The notes under the pieces: model-generated
Database searches by the model: none
What the model was told of the DNA's origin: nothing
The model's input: the letters and a program-made list of their open reading frames with translations, nothing else
Shown here: positions 30,429 to 40,220 of the stretch, piece after piece
Layout of the letters: every line of letters starts with the position of its first letter
Position numbering within the stretch: the first letter of the stretch is position 1
NCBI GenBank assembly: GCA_963729625.1
Contig: CAVSOU010000011.1
Coordinates: 768,001-832,000, forward strand
DNA length: 64,000 nucleotides
Origin: an uncultured bacterium
GTDB taxonomy: Bacteria; Chloroflexota; UBA5177; JANWHV01
Reading direction: 5' to 3'
Translations under genes and position numbers: made by a program

Positions 30429-31442
30429 ATGACCGACGACGATCTGCTGCCCGGCGCGCGCACCGCTGTCGTGCAATGCCTGGCCGTCACGCACGTGGAC
30501 CGCGTCTACATCATCGCCGACGACGCGACCCTGCCTATTGGTGAGGCGCTGCGCGCAGCAGCGGGCGAGCAGGGCGCCACTTGCCGGCTCACACGCCTCG
30601 AGGACCTGGGGCCGCGTCCACTGCTCCATCTCCCGGAAGCCCTGGTCGCGGACATGCGCGCTTTCGCGCCGACTGCCAGCTTCTTCGCTGCCCAGGGCCA
30701 GCCGGGCGAAATCGGTTTCCGCATTCCGCTCGGCCAATTCCTCCGCAGCCAATTGCAGGTGCGCCACGGCCACATGATTGGCATCACCCCGCAGCTGATG
30801 CGCACCGGCATGCGTGTCGACTATGAGCATGTCGCGGACCTGACTCTGCGTGTCAACGCGCTGGTGGAGCGCTGCCACACGATACGGGTGCAGAACGACG
30901 ATGGCACGAACGTCACCGCCACCTTCGATCCGGACCGGCTGCGCTGGGTGCCCTGCCCCGGCCTCTACCACCACCCGGGCGATTGGGGGAATCTCCCTGA
31001 GGGGGAGACCTTTACCTCGCCTGCCAGCCTGGAGGGCACGCTTACCGCGCGGCTGGTCGGCGACTACTTCAGCGACAAGTACGGGATGCTCGACATCCCG
31101 CTGGTGTTCCATGTGGAGCAGAGCCAGGTAGTCTCGGTGAACCATCCGGACCAGACCCTGGCCGGCGAGGTCTGGGACTATCTGCGCGCCTCGCCCAATG
31201 GGCGGCGCGCCGGCGAGTTCGCCATTGGCACCAATGACCTGCTGACGGAACTGACCGGCAATCTCCTGCAGGACGAGAAGTTCCCCGGCCTGCACGTGGC
31301 ATTCGGCAATCCGTACCCGGACCTCACGGGCGCCAACTGGTCCAGCGAGACCCATGTGGATGTGATCCCCCTGCGGACCAGCATCTGGGTGGATGGCCGC
31401 CGGATCATGGACCTGGGCCGCTTCACGCTGCCACCTGCCTGA
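30429..31442 (+). CDS. Thermophilic metalloprotease (M29) / aminopeptidase T-like
   Basis: GNLPEGETF, GEFAIGTN, LQDEK..GLHVAFG, HVD motifs. Confidence 0.85.
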   Translation: MTDDDLLPGARTAVVQCLAVTHVDRVYIIADDATLPIGEALRAAAGEQGATCRLTRLEDLGPRPLLHLPEALVADMRAFAPTASFFAAQGQPGEIGFRIPLGQFLRSQLQVRHGHMIGITPQLMRTGMRVDYEHVADLTLRVNALVERCHTIRVQNDDGTNVTATFDPDRLRWVPCPGLYHHPGDWGNLPEGETFTSPASLEGTLTARLVGDYFSDKYGMLDIPLVFHVEQSQVVSVNHPDQTLAGEVWDYLRASPNGRRAGEFAIGTNDLLTELTGNLLQDEKFPGLHVAFGNPYPDLTGANWSSETHVDVIPLRTSIWVDGRRIMDLGRFTLPPA

Positions 31443-31697
31443 ACCACTGACGATGACCCTTGGGACGGCAGATCGCGGCTACGCTGCCCCGTCTGCCGCT
31501 CTGCGAGAGTGGGCGCCAGGGCCGCGGGTGACCCGCTCGGCGTCCATGGCACGTACCGGCAGCGCGCACCGCTGGGTTCGGAGCTGACGGCAGGATCAAG
31601 CCAAGATCCTCACGGCGCTGGCAAAGCCGGTGTTCAGCGAGGACTGAAGCGTGATATGCAGCAGCCCGACCTGTTAACTCAAGGTGCAGCTTTTTAG

Positions 31698-31726
31698 TTG
31701 ACTAGTCAATAGATGCGCAGTAAGAT
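31698..31726 (+). promoter_or_regulatory. marR promoter with palindromic operator
   Basis: TTGACT-N17-TAAGAT. Palindrome TTGACTAGTCAA (31698-31709) covers the -35. Confidence 0.65.
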
Positions 31727-31732
31727 ATTTGC

Positions 31733-32215
31733 GTGAAAGAGACACGACTGATCGACGACGAGCGTATCACCACCTTCGGTCGTCTGCTCGAGACTCACGC
31801 CCTCCTCGCCCGGCGGCTCGACGACGATCTGCAAAAGGCCGTGGGCATGCCGCTGCTGTGGTACGGAGTCCTCTTGCTCATCGGCCGGAGCCCGAATGGA
31901 CCGTTACCAATGCGCGAATTGCTCAGTGCCACCGCCTTCACGACCGGCGGGGTCACCAGGCTGGTTGATCGCATGGAACAGGCCGGGTATGTACGACGGC
32001 GGCCCTGCCCGTACGACCGACGTGTCACCTACGTCGAGATGACCGATAGAGGGCACGAGGCGCTGGAGCGCGCAACGCCGGTGCATCTCCAGGGCATCCA
32101 GGCGCAGATGCTGGACCCGCTGCAGCCGGGCGAGGTCGCGCAACTCGAGGCCATCCTTGACAAGATTCGGGCCGCCCAAGGGGGTCAGAGCGCTCCTGGC
32201 GCTGGCAGCGGGTGA
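31733..32215 (+). CDS. MarR family regulator
   Basis: TTGGVTRLVDRMEQAGYVRRRPCPYDRR. Confidence 0.9.
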   Translation: MKETRLIDDERITTFGRLLETHALLARRLDDDLQKAVGMPLLWYGVLLLIGRSPNGPLPMRELLSATAFTTGGVTRLVDRMEQAGYVRRRPCPYDRRVTYVEMTDRGHEALERATPVHLQGIQAQMLDPLQPGEVAQLEAILDKIRAAQGGQSAPGAGSG

Positions 32216-32264
32216 GCGCTTCACGGATGCGGCACGGGCAGCAGGTCGTCGCAGTGGCGCTGTG
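32184..32264 (+). mobile_element. IS630-like transposase HTH fragment
   Basis: VRALLALAAGERFTDAARAAGRRSGAV resembles the recalled RAKALLAVADG.SY..AARAAGRRSGDAV. Confidence 0.45.
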
Positions 32265-32406
32265 GGGACTATGCCCGAGCAGCCCGCTTCGACCGTCATC
32301 GCTGTACTGGACACCCTGCAGTGGTTGTACTTGGCCCTGCACTTGAATGAGGTTTCCTAAAGGGACAGGTGAGATGGGCGGCCGCGGGGGTTCTGTCGTC
32401 TAGCAG

Positions 32407-33279
32407 CTACTGCTGTGTCCGTCCCTGTATGAAGTTGAACCCGGCTGGGCCATACACGCGTACCACGCCGGCATCGCCGGCAAGCACCCCCGCCTGGACG
32501 CGAGACGTGCCGCCGGGGTTGCCGAGTCCGAGGTACCCACCCTGAGCATGTTGCGCAACCTCCGCTACGACCGTACCGCCGGCGCCGAGCATCTGCAGCG
32601 TCGCGCCGTCGCTGCCTTTCGCGCTGAGCACCGCTCTGGGTTTGCCACTCACACTCACCTGCACATCGCCACCTGTGGCGTCCCCGGTGGCTTGCACCAG
32701 CGTGGCGCCTTTCGCGTCGCGAACTGAGAAGTACCCGCTGGTCTGGTCCGCAATCAGATTGGCCAGCAGCGTGGAATTGCTGAAGAGTCGCAGCCCGAAG
32801 TTACTGCCGATCATGCCCACCTTCGCCGACCAACCCTGTGGCCCGTTGACCAGCAGCTCGCCACCTGTCCCTGCGCTATCGTCGATCTGCATCACCAGAC
32901 CGCCGGTCTTGTTGACCACACGCAGCGGGGCGGTGATCGTCAGCGGCCCTGCAGCCGTGTTCGCAGTGGACGCGACGCTTCCCAGCGACCCAACGACCTT
33001 CCCTCCGCGGTAGTACAGGACCCCGTTCTTGTCAACCTGCATGAGCAGTGACCCATCAGCACCCACGACCCGGAATGGAGCAGTGACGGTGAGTGCGGTG
33101 GCGCTCGGCCGGGCGGATGCAGAACCAAGGGTGAGGGCAAGAGCCAGAGCAGCAAACGTCGCGCTCACCAGGGTTCGTGAGCCAAGCACCCGCCGCCGCC
33201 CCGCACGCAGTCGTTCGAGTTCCGTTTCTACCAGAGCCAGACGCTGCTCAAGTGATATGGTTTGCGGCTCGCCATTCAT
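32407..33279 (-). CDS. Hypothetical exported/anchored protein with ~22-aa Gly-rich beta repeats
   Basis: N-terminal coiled coil, hydrophobic signal/TM, duplicated T.TAP.RVV..G.L.MQ.D, then repeats. SD AAGGA. Confidence 0.75.
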   Translation of the reverse strand: MNGEPQTISLEQRLALVETELERLRAGRRRVLGSRTLVSATFAALALALTLGSASARPSATALTVTAPFRVVGADGSLLMQVDKNGVLYYRGGKVVGSLGSVASTANTAAGPLTITAPLRVVNKTGGLVMQIDDSAGTGGELLVNGPQGWSAKVGMIGSNFGLRLFSNSTLLANLIADQTSGYFSVRDAKGATLVQATGDATGGDVQVSVSGKPRAVLSAKGSDGATLQMLGAGGTVVAEVAQHAQGGYLGLGNPGGTSRVQAGVLAGDAGVVRVYGPAGFNFIQGRTQQ

Positions 33280-33423
33280 TGCATGGTCCTTTTCTGCGGC
33301 ACATTGCTGTTTTAGTTGCGATGTTCGTTGGTTATGGATACCTGACGCCGTTCTTACGTGCAATATTCTCGCGCGCGGTGAGGGCCCGGACTACCTTCTT
33401 GGCCACTCGAGGCCACACATATT

Positions 33424-34410
33424 CTAGAAATCCACCATGGTCCCCGACCCACTCACCCGCGCGCACTGCAGGAGATACTGGGCCGCGGCTACGTCCTCGA
33501 CCGCAAGGCCCAGCGAGCGGAAAAGCGTGACCTCGCCTGGAGACGTACGCCCTTGCGCCCGACCAAGGAGCACCTCGCCGATCTCCGCCCTGATGAGATT
33601 GGTGCCGAGCCCACCTTCCTCGAGCGCGCGCTGATAGTCAGCAGCCTCGCGCTCCACCGACTCGCGTCTATCGACGAACACCGCTGCCGCCGCCCAGGTC
33701 GCCGTGTCGACCTCCCTGTTGGGCGGCCTGCTTGCTCCGACGGCGTTCACGTGGGCGCCTGGCGCGAGCCATGCGCACGAGAGAACCGGCTCACGCGCCG
33801 TCGTGGCCGTGACCACAATGTCGGCGCCTCGTACCGCTGCTTCCGCGCTGTCCACGGCCTGCAGCGCGCACTGCACCTGCGGGCTCATCCGCGCCACGAA
33901 CCGCTGCGCACCCTCCAACGTTCGACTGGCCACGCGGGCACGCGCGATCGGGCGCACGCACAGCATCGCCTCAAGGTGCCACCGGGCCTGAACGCCCGCC
34001 CCGATAAGTGCCAGCTCACAGGCGTCCTCGCGTGCCAGCAGCCGTGTTGCCACGGCGGAGACGGCGGCCGTGCGGATAGCCGTGATTGCCGCCGCGTTCA
34101 TCATCGCCCGCAGTTCTCCGGTCACACCATCCATCAGCACGACGGACCCTTGATGCCCGTCCAGTCCGCGGCTAGGGTTGTCCGGGATGACACACAGGAT
34201 CTTCATCCCGTAGACGGCGTCAGCGCCCGCGCGGTACGCCGGCATCCAGGCCATCGCTCCGGTGGCGCCGGGAGGGGCATAGATGGAGCGCAGCGGTTGG
34301 CTCAGCTCTCCCCGCGCCAGGGCCCCGAGTGTCTCGGTCATTACGTCGATGCACCGCTCCATGGAGAGAAGTTGCTCCACTTCCGCATGAGTCAGCACCA
34401 GAAAGGCCAT
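33424..34410 (-). CDS. Ornithine cyclodeaminase / mu-crystallin family protein
   Basis: ITAIRTAAVS, IGAGVQA, GAHVNAVGA, LFRSLGLAVED. Confidence 0.92.
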   Translation of the reverse strand: MAFLVLTHAEVEQLLSMERCIDVMTETLGALARGELSQPLRSIYAPPGATGAMAWMPAYRAGADAVYGMKILCVIPDNPSRGLDGHQGSVVLMDGVTGELRAMMNAAAITAIRTAAVSAVATRLLAREDACELALIGAGVQARWHLEAMLCVRPIARARVASRTLEGAQRFVARMSPQVQCALQAVDSAEAAVRGADIVVTATTAREPVLSCAWLAPGAHVNAVGASRPPNREVDTATWAAAAVFVDRRESVEREAADYQRALEEGGLGTNLIRAEIGEVLLGRAQGRTSPGEVTLFRSLGLAVEDVAAAQYLLQCARVSGSGTMVDF

Positions 34411-34460
34411 GGCACTATTCCCCCTTCGCCGTAACCGCGCTGCTAACCCGGCAGGGCCGC

Positions 34461-35597
34461 TCACCAATTCGTGAAGGCGCCATCCTGACGCTGCAGGTGC
34501 GGCAGCTCTCGCATCTCATACGCATAGTGGCGCGCTGCTGCACGATCGAACTCAACCCCAAGCCCGGGTTGCGTTGGGGCAAGCAGGTAACCCTGCTCGA
34601 AGCGAGGGACGACGGGAAAGACGTCGGGCAGTGCGGAGCCGGTGGGCTGCGGTAGCTCGAGCACTCCTACGTTCGGCGCCGCCAGGCACAGGTGCAAGCA
34701 GGCCGCAGTGCTGACCGGACCGTTGGGGTTGTGCGGCGCCAGATTGATATAGTGCGTCTCGCACCAGCCCGCGATCTTCTTGGACTCGGTGATGCCGGCG
34801 CCAAGCGTCGGGTCCAGCCGGGCATAGTCAATCAGGTCCTCTTCGATCAGCTGACGATACTCCCACTTGCTGGCAAACTGCTCGCCGGCAGCAAGAGGTA
34901 CGCCGGTACGCGCCCGCAGCGTGCGATAGGCATTGGTGTCCTCCGCCCGCAACGGATCCTCGACGAAGTACGGTCGGTAGGCCTCAAGTTCTCGGCATAG
35001 CGTCGTCGCATCGGCCGGGTCGAGCCGTGTATGCACGTCCAGACAGATCTCCACCTCGTCGCCCAGGACCCTGCGCACAGCCTCGCACTGGCGCGTCGCC
35101 GTCCGGAGAGCTTGCCGCGGCTCGAGAATATTCTCAGTGGTCGGCAGCCCCCAGCGTACGAACTTGTACCCTTGCGCAAGGGTTCGCTGGCAATCCTCGA
35201 CCAACGACTCGACGCTGCCGTCTTCGCCCGCGTTGTGAGGATAGCAGACCACTTTCTCGCGCACGAGGCCGCCGAGCAGTTGGTAAACCGGTACGCCATG
35301 CACCTTGCCCGCGATATCCCAGAGCGCAGTATCGATCGCCGACAGCGCGGAGGCACCCACTCGGTCGGCGGGGAAGAAGCCACTCCGGAACATGAGCTGC
35401 CACAAATGCTCGATACGCGTGGGATCCTGGCCGATCAACAGCGGCCGGAGGTGACTGAGGAAGCCCATTACCGCCTCCTCGCGTGAAGTCAGGTTGGATT
35501 CGCCGATGCCCCAGATGCCCTCGTCGGTTTCGACCGTCACGAACAGCCAGGTGCGGGTCGTACACACAGGGTAGGTCTCGATTCCGGTGATCTTCAT
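34461..35597 (-). CDS. Mandelate racemase/galactonate dehydratase-like enolase-superfamily enzyme
   Basis: MKITGIET, IDTALWDIAGK, LDVHTR, FVEDP, AAGEQ, APHNP, PGLGVE. Confidence 0.9.
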   Translation of the reverse strand: MKITGIETYPVCTTRTWLFVTVETDEGIWGIGESNLTSREEAVMGFLSHLRPLLIGQDPTRIEHLWQLMFRSGFFPADRVGASALSAIDTALWDIAGKVHGVPVYQLLGGLVREKVVCYPHNAGEDGSVESLVEDCQRTLAQGYKFVRWGLPTTENILEPRQALRTATRQCEAVRRVLGDEVEICLDVHTRLDPADATTLCRELEAYRPYFVEDPLRAEDTNAYRTLRARTGVPLAAGEQFASKWEYRQLIEEDLIDYARLDPTLGAGITESKKIAGWCETHYINLAPHNPNGPVSTAACLHLCLAAPNVGVLELPQPTGSALPDVFPVVPRFEQGYLLAPTQPGLGVEFDRAAARHYAYEMRELPHLQRQDGAFTNW

Positions 35598-35975
35598 CTG
35601 AACATCCCCTCAGTCAGCAAGTCCGCGTTAGCCGCGACATGGGTCGCGCGCCCGCCATCGCCCCGTCATGCAGCGACTGCCGCGTGACGATTCCCGCGGC
35701 CTTACCATGGACGTTGGTGCCGGCGCAGGCAGCGTCCAGAGTGCAGCCGCGGGCCTTCATGGGCAGGATACATCGATCATGGCACGGCCATGCATCCACC
35801 CTGGCATCAGCTCAGAGCGAGCCGCTCCATTGGCGCCGGCAGCCATCAGTTTCGGTGGTCGAACAGCGAGACCAGAGCCGGCGCCAGCAGAATTCAGGTC
35901 ACGTGCCAGATCAGCTCCTGCACGACGGCGACTGATGCTCCGGAGCGATCCAGGTACCGCGCGGGGACCGAGTCG

Positions 35976-36434
35976 TTACTGCCCCAGGACTGCACGAATC
36001 GTCTGAAGATGCTCCCTTGGATGGCCAATCAGGATATGCTCGATCAGACTCCCCGCTGTGCCAAAAGTGGCGGCAGCCCCGAGCTGGTCATCGCGCAGCC
36101 CGTGGACGACGCCAGCGGCGGCGAGGCCATTTGCGTGTAGGAGAGCCAGCGTCTCCGCCTTGGTGCACTGGGCGTGCTCGGCCGCGTGCTGGGCGTTAGC
36201 CTGGTCGACCATCTCCATCGTCAGGGGCGGTGGCTGTCCTGCCACGGCAGCCTTGATGAGCTCGGCAATCTCGCTGTGACCCACGGCCACGTGATGCGCC
36301 ACCACGCCCACCGAGCACTTTTCGCTGGGGCAATGAGTAACCCACTCGGCAGCGGAGAACCCTTCTACTGCCGCGATAAACTCGTCGTTCGCTTGCTCGA
36401 ACTGGGTAGCTAACGACTCGGTCGTTGCTTCCAT
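35976..36434 (-). CDS. DinB/maleylpyruvate-isomerase-N-like four-helix protein
   Basis: CSVGVVAHHVA and GHPREHLQTI His pattern. SD AAGGAGG. Confidence 0.75.
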   Translation of the reverse strand: MEATTESLATQFEQANDEFIAAVEGFSAAEWVTHCPSEKCSVGVVAHHVAVGHSEIAELIKAAVAGQPPPLTMEMVDQANAQHAAEHAQCTKAETLALLHANGLAAAGVVHGLRDDQLGAAATFGTAGSLIEHILIGHPREHLQTIRAVLGQ

Positions 36435-36844
36435 ATCCACCTCCTTCGCGCCTACTCGTTCGCGCATCTCGCCACGCCGCTGCGCCACATAATCTACCTC
36501 GGTGGAAAGGCCGTCCCAGAAGTGCCAATCTTTGCCCGCGCCCGCCCCTTCCTCCGATCCAAGACGAAGAACCGTATTGCGAGCGCCCACCAACCAGGTG
36601 TCGAGCCCGTGGCCAAACGGCAGCCGGTGACGCAACGCTTGAGCGATCTCACTCGGTGTGCCTGTCCGGCGCAGCGAGGGCCGCGGCAGGGTGCGGCGCC
36701 GTCGCGTCCAGACTCAACAGTAGCACGTCGCTGGCCAACTTGATAGACGTAGAGTCCGCCGAAACAAGGCCGTACTGCTTAGCGAAGCCCCCGATCTCGA
36801 TGGCCACCGGCCCGGTTGCGGAGCCCTGCACGGGCCCCCTTGAC

Positions 36845-37081
36845 TTACACGCCGACCTGCGCCGCACAACGGCCGCACAAGAGTGTAGGGAACGTGAAGT
36901 GCAGAGGGCCCCCGCATAGGGGACAGGGATCCTCCACCAGGAGATCCTGTTGGTCGGGTTGCAGCTGGTTGACGTGCTGCGCATACAGCCTGGCATAGAT
37001 CGCCACCAGCGCGTGCTCGCGCGCCTCACGATCCGCGGAGCGACCGTCCGGATCGCTCCGGTTTCCCGCGTCTGGCGCCAT
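36845..37081 (-). CDS. Small protein with C-terminal Zn ribbon
   Basis: 78 aa, CPLCGG-x9-CGRC. SD GAGGAGG. Confidence 0.6.
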   Translation of the reverse strand: MAPDAGNRSDPDGRSADREAREHALVAIYARLYAQHVNQLQPDQQDLLVEDPCPLCGGPLHFTFPTLLCGRCAAQVGV

Positions 37082-37341
37082 GCCTTGCACCCTCCTCATG
37101 CTGGATTAACGATTCTTCCCCACTCCATAATCGAGTCGCCATCTTGGACGCGTAGCATCAATACAGGGTCGCAGGGAAGGCTCACGCGTCGAATTGATTG
37201 TTTTCGGGGAGTCGCTTCTCCTTTGGTTGCTCGCTGGCCCCGAGTGCTCGCTAACGGTGTAGCCGTTATTGCCCGCTCGATGCAGGGCCCTGGCATTGCA
37301 CGTGGCGGGCATGTCCACAGCGCCGCCTCCGGCCAACCGAG

Positions 37342-37722
37342 CTATAGCTCCAGCGGCGCCAGGCGGCTCACGATCTGTGCCGCATTGCCGGCGGGGTCCG
37401 CGAAGAAGATCATGGTATCGCCGAATGCATTCGTCGTCGGCTCTTGCACCGGCACCCCGCTCGTCCTGAGGGCCGCGAGCGTGGCCTCCAGGTTCGCCGC
37501 GTCCACCACGAACGCCAGGTGGTGTGGCAGCGTCAGCGGCGGCTGCGCGCGCGCCATGATCTCCAGGCGTCCTCCCTGGCCATCGCCGATGAAGGCAAGG
37601 TCGCCGGGATTCTCCTTGATGCGGTGCCATCCAAACAGCTGTTCGTAGAAGCGAACCGTCTCTTCGAAGCGGTCTGGCGCCGCGCCGATGCCCACGTGCT
37701 CAAGCCTGCCAGTGCTGCTCAT
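37342..37722 (-). CDS. VOC/glyoxalase family protein
   Basis: LEHVGI, FYEQLFGW, HHLAFVV, FFADPAGN. Confidence 0.9.
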   Translation of the reverse strand: MSSTGRLEHVGIGAAPDRFEETVRFYEQLFGWHRIKENPGDLAFIGDGQGGRLEIMARAQPPLTLPHHLAFVVDAANLEATLAALRTSGVPVQEPTTNAFGDTMIFFADPAGNAAQIVSRLAPLEL

Positions 37723-38096
37723 CCTCAGTCCTACCTCTCTGCGGCCAATCGGCCGATCAGCCCCTGCCACGCCACGATGAATCAGGATTTCCGATGCTCC
37801 TGGATCACCTCATCTGTGAGTGTGCCAGGTTTCGCGTGGCCCTGGTAAACCTCACGCCGCCGGAGTTGACCTGGCACTCGCCGGCGCCGGCTCAGCCGAG
37901 ATGGCCTGCTCGATCGTCCTGCACCTTGGCGTGGTGACAAGGCAGGATCCGAATGCCGCACGTTCATCGCCGACACCGGACCAGCAGACCCGAGCTTCGC
38001 GTGGCAGGAAGGTTTGCGGGATCCGAAACGCTCAGGTATATGTTCTGCGTACTGTCCGCGGTTTCAGGCGGGGACACGCGCCATTTGGAGGTAGCT

Positions 38097-39014
38097 GTGT
38101 TAGTCAACGGGATCGTCGCCTCGTCGGTTACGCCGTTCAGCCCGACCGGTGAACTGAATCTGGACCTCTTGCCGGCGCACATCAATTGGCTCATCGGGGA
38201 AGGCGTGAGCGGCCTATCGCCACTCGGCAGTGCCGGTGAGTTCGTCGCCCTGGAGGTCACCGACCGCAAGCGCCTTCTGGAGGGCGTGCTGGCAGCCAAC
38301 GATGGGCGTGTCCATGTAATGGCCGGCACGCATCATTACGCGACGCATCTCGCCGTCGAGTTGTCTCGACATGCCCAAACGGCAGGAGCACACTCCCTGC
38401 TTGTAGTCCCTCCCTATTACATGGCCCCGTCGGTCCCACAGGCGATGGACCACTATCGCAGGCTCGCGGATGCCGTGTCCATACCCGTAGTCCTCTACCA
38501 CAATGCGAGCGGCACGCGGGTCGACCTGCGCACCGAGCATCTCGTACAACTCTTCGATGAGGGCGCGATCGCTGGCGTCAAGATGTCCAACAGTGATCCC
38601 GATCGCATCAGTAGCCTGCTCCAGGCCACCGGCGGCCGGCTCGTCGTCTATGCCGGCATCGACACGGTGGCCTTTGAAGGGCTGTGCCACGGGGCGCACG
38701 GCTGGATCTCCGGCATCCCCAGCATCGTCCCGCGTGCCGCGCGGGAGCTCTATGAAACTGTTGCAGTCCGCGGCGATCTCGCCTCGGCACGCCGGCAGTG
38801 GCGGGCGCTCGCTCCCCTTATGCGCTTGGTGTTTGCCGGCCACATCCATGGGACCGGTCTGGAACCGCACTGGCTGAGCATCATGAAGGCGGCCCTTAAC
38901 ATGATTGGTCCGCCGGTCGGCAATCCGCTCCCACCGGTTCAACCACTGGACGAGGCGACAGCGCGGGTGCTGGCGGCGTTGTTGCGCGATCTTGGCTACG
39001 CCGTTCGCGCCTGA
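38097..39014 (+). CDS. Dihydrodipicolinate synthase (DapA) family aldolase/deaminase
   Basis: TPF, LGSAGE, VPPYY, VLYHN, Schiff-base GVKMS. GTG follows GGAGG. Confidence 0.9.
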   Translation: MLVNGIVASSVTPFSPTGELNLDLLPAHINWLIGEGVSGLSPLGSAGEFVALEVTDRKRLLEGVLAANDGRVHVMAGTHHYATHLAVELSRHAQTAGAHSLLVVPPYYMAPSVPQAMDHYRRLADAVSIPVVLYHNASGTRVDLRTEHLVQLFDEGAIAGVKMSNSDPDRISSLLQATGGRLVVYAGIDTVAFEGLCHGAHGWISGIPSIVPRAARELYETVAVRGDLASARRQWRALAPLMRLVFAGHIHGTGLEPHWLSIMKAALNMIGPPVGNPLPPVQPLDEATARVLAALLRDLGYAVRA

Positions 39015-39083
39015 GCACGAACGGCGTTTCGCAGAAGCAGTGGTTACCGACTCCACCCAGCGCCGGAAAGGGACCGTACACTG

Positions 39084-40172
39084 ATGGATGGCAGCAGCAG
39101 CGGCGCGGACCATGCTGTAACCGTGCCCGCGCGGGACCTCGCGCATTTCGCCGCTCAGCTGCTCACGGCAGCCGGTGTGACTCGCGATGATGCGGAGATG
39201 ACCGGCGGTATCCTGGCCGACGCCAATACACGGGGTGTCGACACGCACGGCGTCGCCCTGCTTACCCTCTACCTCGGGCAGCTCCGGCGTGGAGCGGTCA
39301 ACCGGTGCCCTCACAGGACATTCACGCCGCGGCGAGCGGCGACTGCAATCCTCAATGCCGATCACGGCATGGGTCATGCCGCCACGGCAGAGGCGATGGA
39401 GCATGCGGTGCGCATGGCCAAAGTTGCCGGCGTGGCGACAGTCCTGGTGGAGAACTCGAATCACTTCGGCGCCGCGGCCTATTACGCGATGCTAGCCGCG
39501 CGCCATGACTGCATAGGCATGGTATGGTCGCCCGCGGAGCCCAGCGTCGTGCCATTCGGAGGGCGCGAGAGGTTCTTCGGTACCAATCCTATTGCTATCG
39601 CGGCTCCACCAGGCACGCAGTACCCGGGGTTTACCCTCGACATGGCGACCAGCGTTGTGGCAGGCGGCAAGATCGCGCAGGCCGCCAAGAACCACCGGAC
39701 CATCCCGCCAGGCTGGGCAATCGACCAGCATGGATCGCCCGTAACGCGACCGTCGGACGAAGACGCCATACTGGGAACGTACTCCTTGCTTCCGATGAGC
39801 GGCGCCAAGGGCTATGGTCTGGCCATGATGATCGATTGGACATCATCTCTCCTGGCGGGCACGCACTGGGGCCCGACCGTTCCGCGTTGGAGCGATGGTG
39901 CGGAGGACCCGGCGTCGATTGCCCACTATGTTCAGGCGCTCGACGTCGAGGCGTTCGTCCCGCTTGATCAGTATCGGCGTCGTGTCGACGAGTTTTGCGC
40001 GGCGCTCAAGAATGTGCCTCCCGCCGACGGGCACCGCGAAGTCCTGCTGCCGGGCGAGCCGGAGTTGCTCACGGCCCGCGAGCGCGCGAGGACGGGGTGT
40101 CCGCTGACGGCCCACGTGGCCGCAGTGCTCGCACAATTGAGCGCCGAATATGGGGTACCGCTGCCCTTTTGA
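39084..40172 (+). CDS. Ldh_2 family oxidoreductase (AllD/ComC/DpkA-like)
   Basis: GVDTHG, SNHFGAA, GTNPIA, LDMATS, KGYGLA, LPGE. Confidence 0.92.
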   Translation: MDGSSSGADHAVTVPARDLAHFAAQLLTAAGVTRDDAEMTGGILADANTRGVDTHGVALLTLYLGQLRRGAVNRCPHRTFTPRRAATAILNADHGMGHAATAEAMEHAVRMAKVAGVATVLVENSNHFGAAAYYAMLAARHDCIGMVWSPAEPSVVPFGGRERFFGTNPIAIAAPPGTQYPGFTLDMATSVVAGGKIAQAAKNHRTIPPGWAIDQHGSPVTRPSDEDAILGTYSLLPMSGAKGYGLAMMIDWTSSLLAGTHWGPTVPRWSDGAEDPASIAHYVQALDVEAFVPLDQYRRRVDEFCAALKNVPPADGHREVLLPGEPELLTARERARTGCPLTAHVAAVLAQLSAEYGVPLPF

Positions 40173-40220
40173 CGCCGGCACTAGGTCGTGCTAGCCGCGA
40201 CGAAGGCCCCGCCTGCCTCC

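Noticed and set aside
29068-32377. Near-repeat AGGGGACAGGTGTGAGATG (~29069) and AGGGACAGGTGAGATG (~32361)
   Set aside because: Two short imperfect copies in the same orientation with no recombinase or target duplication. Could be chance.
35895-35955. Minus-strand LDRSGASVAVVQELIWH resembling tyrosine-recombinase box II
   Set aside because: Too short to support, and no other integrase motifs nearby.
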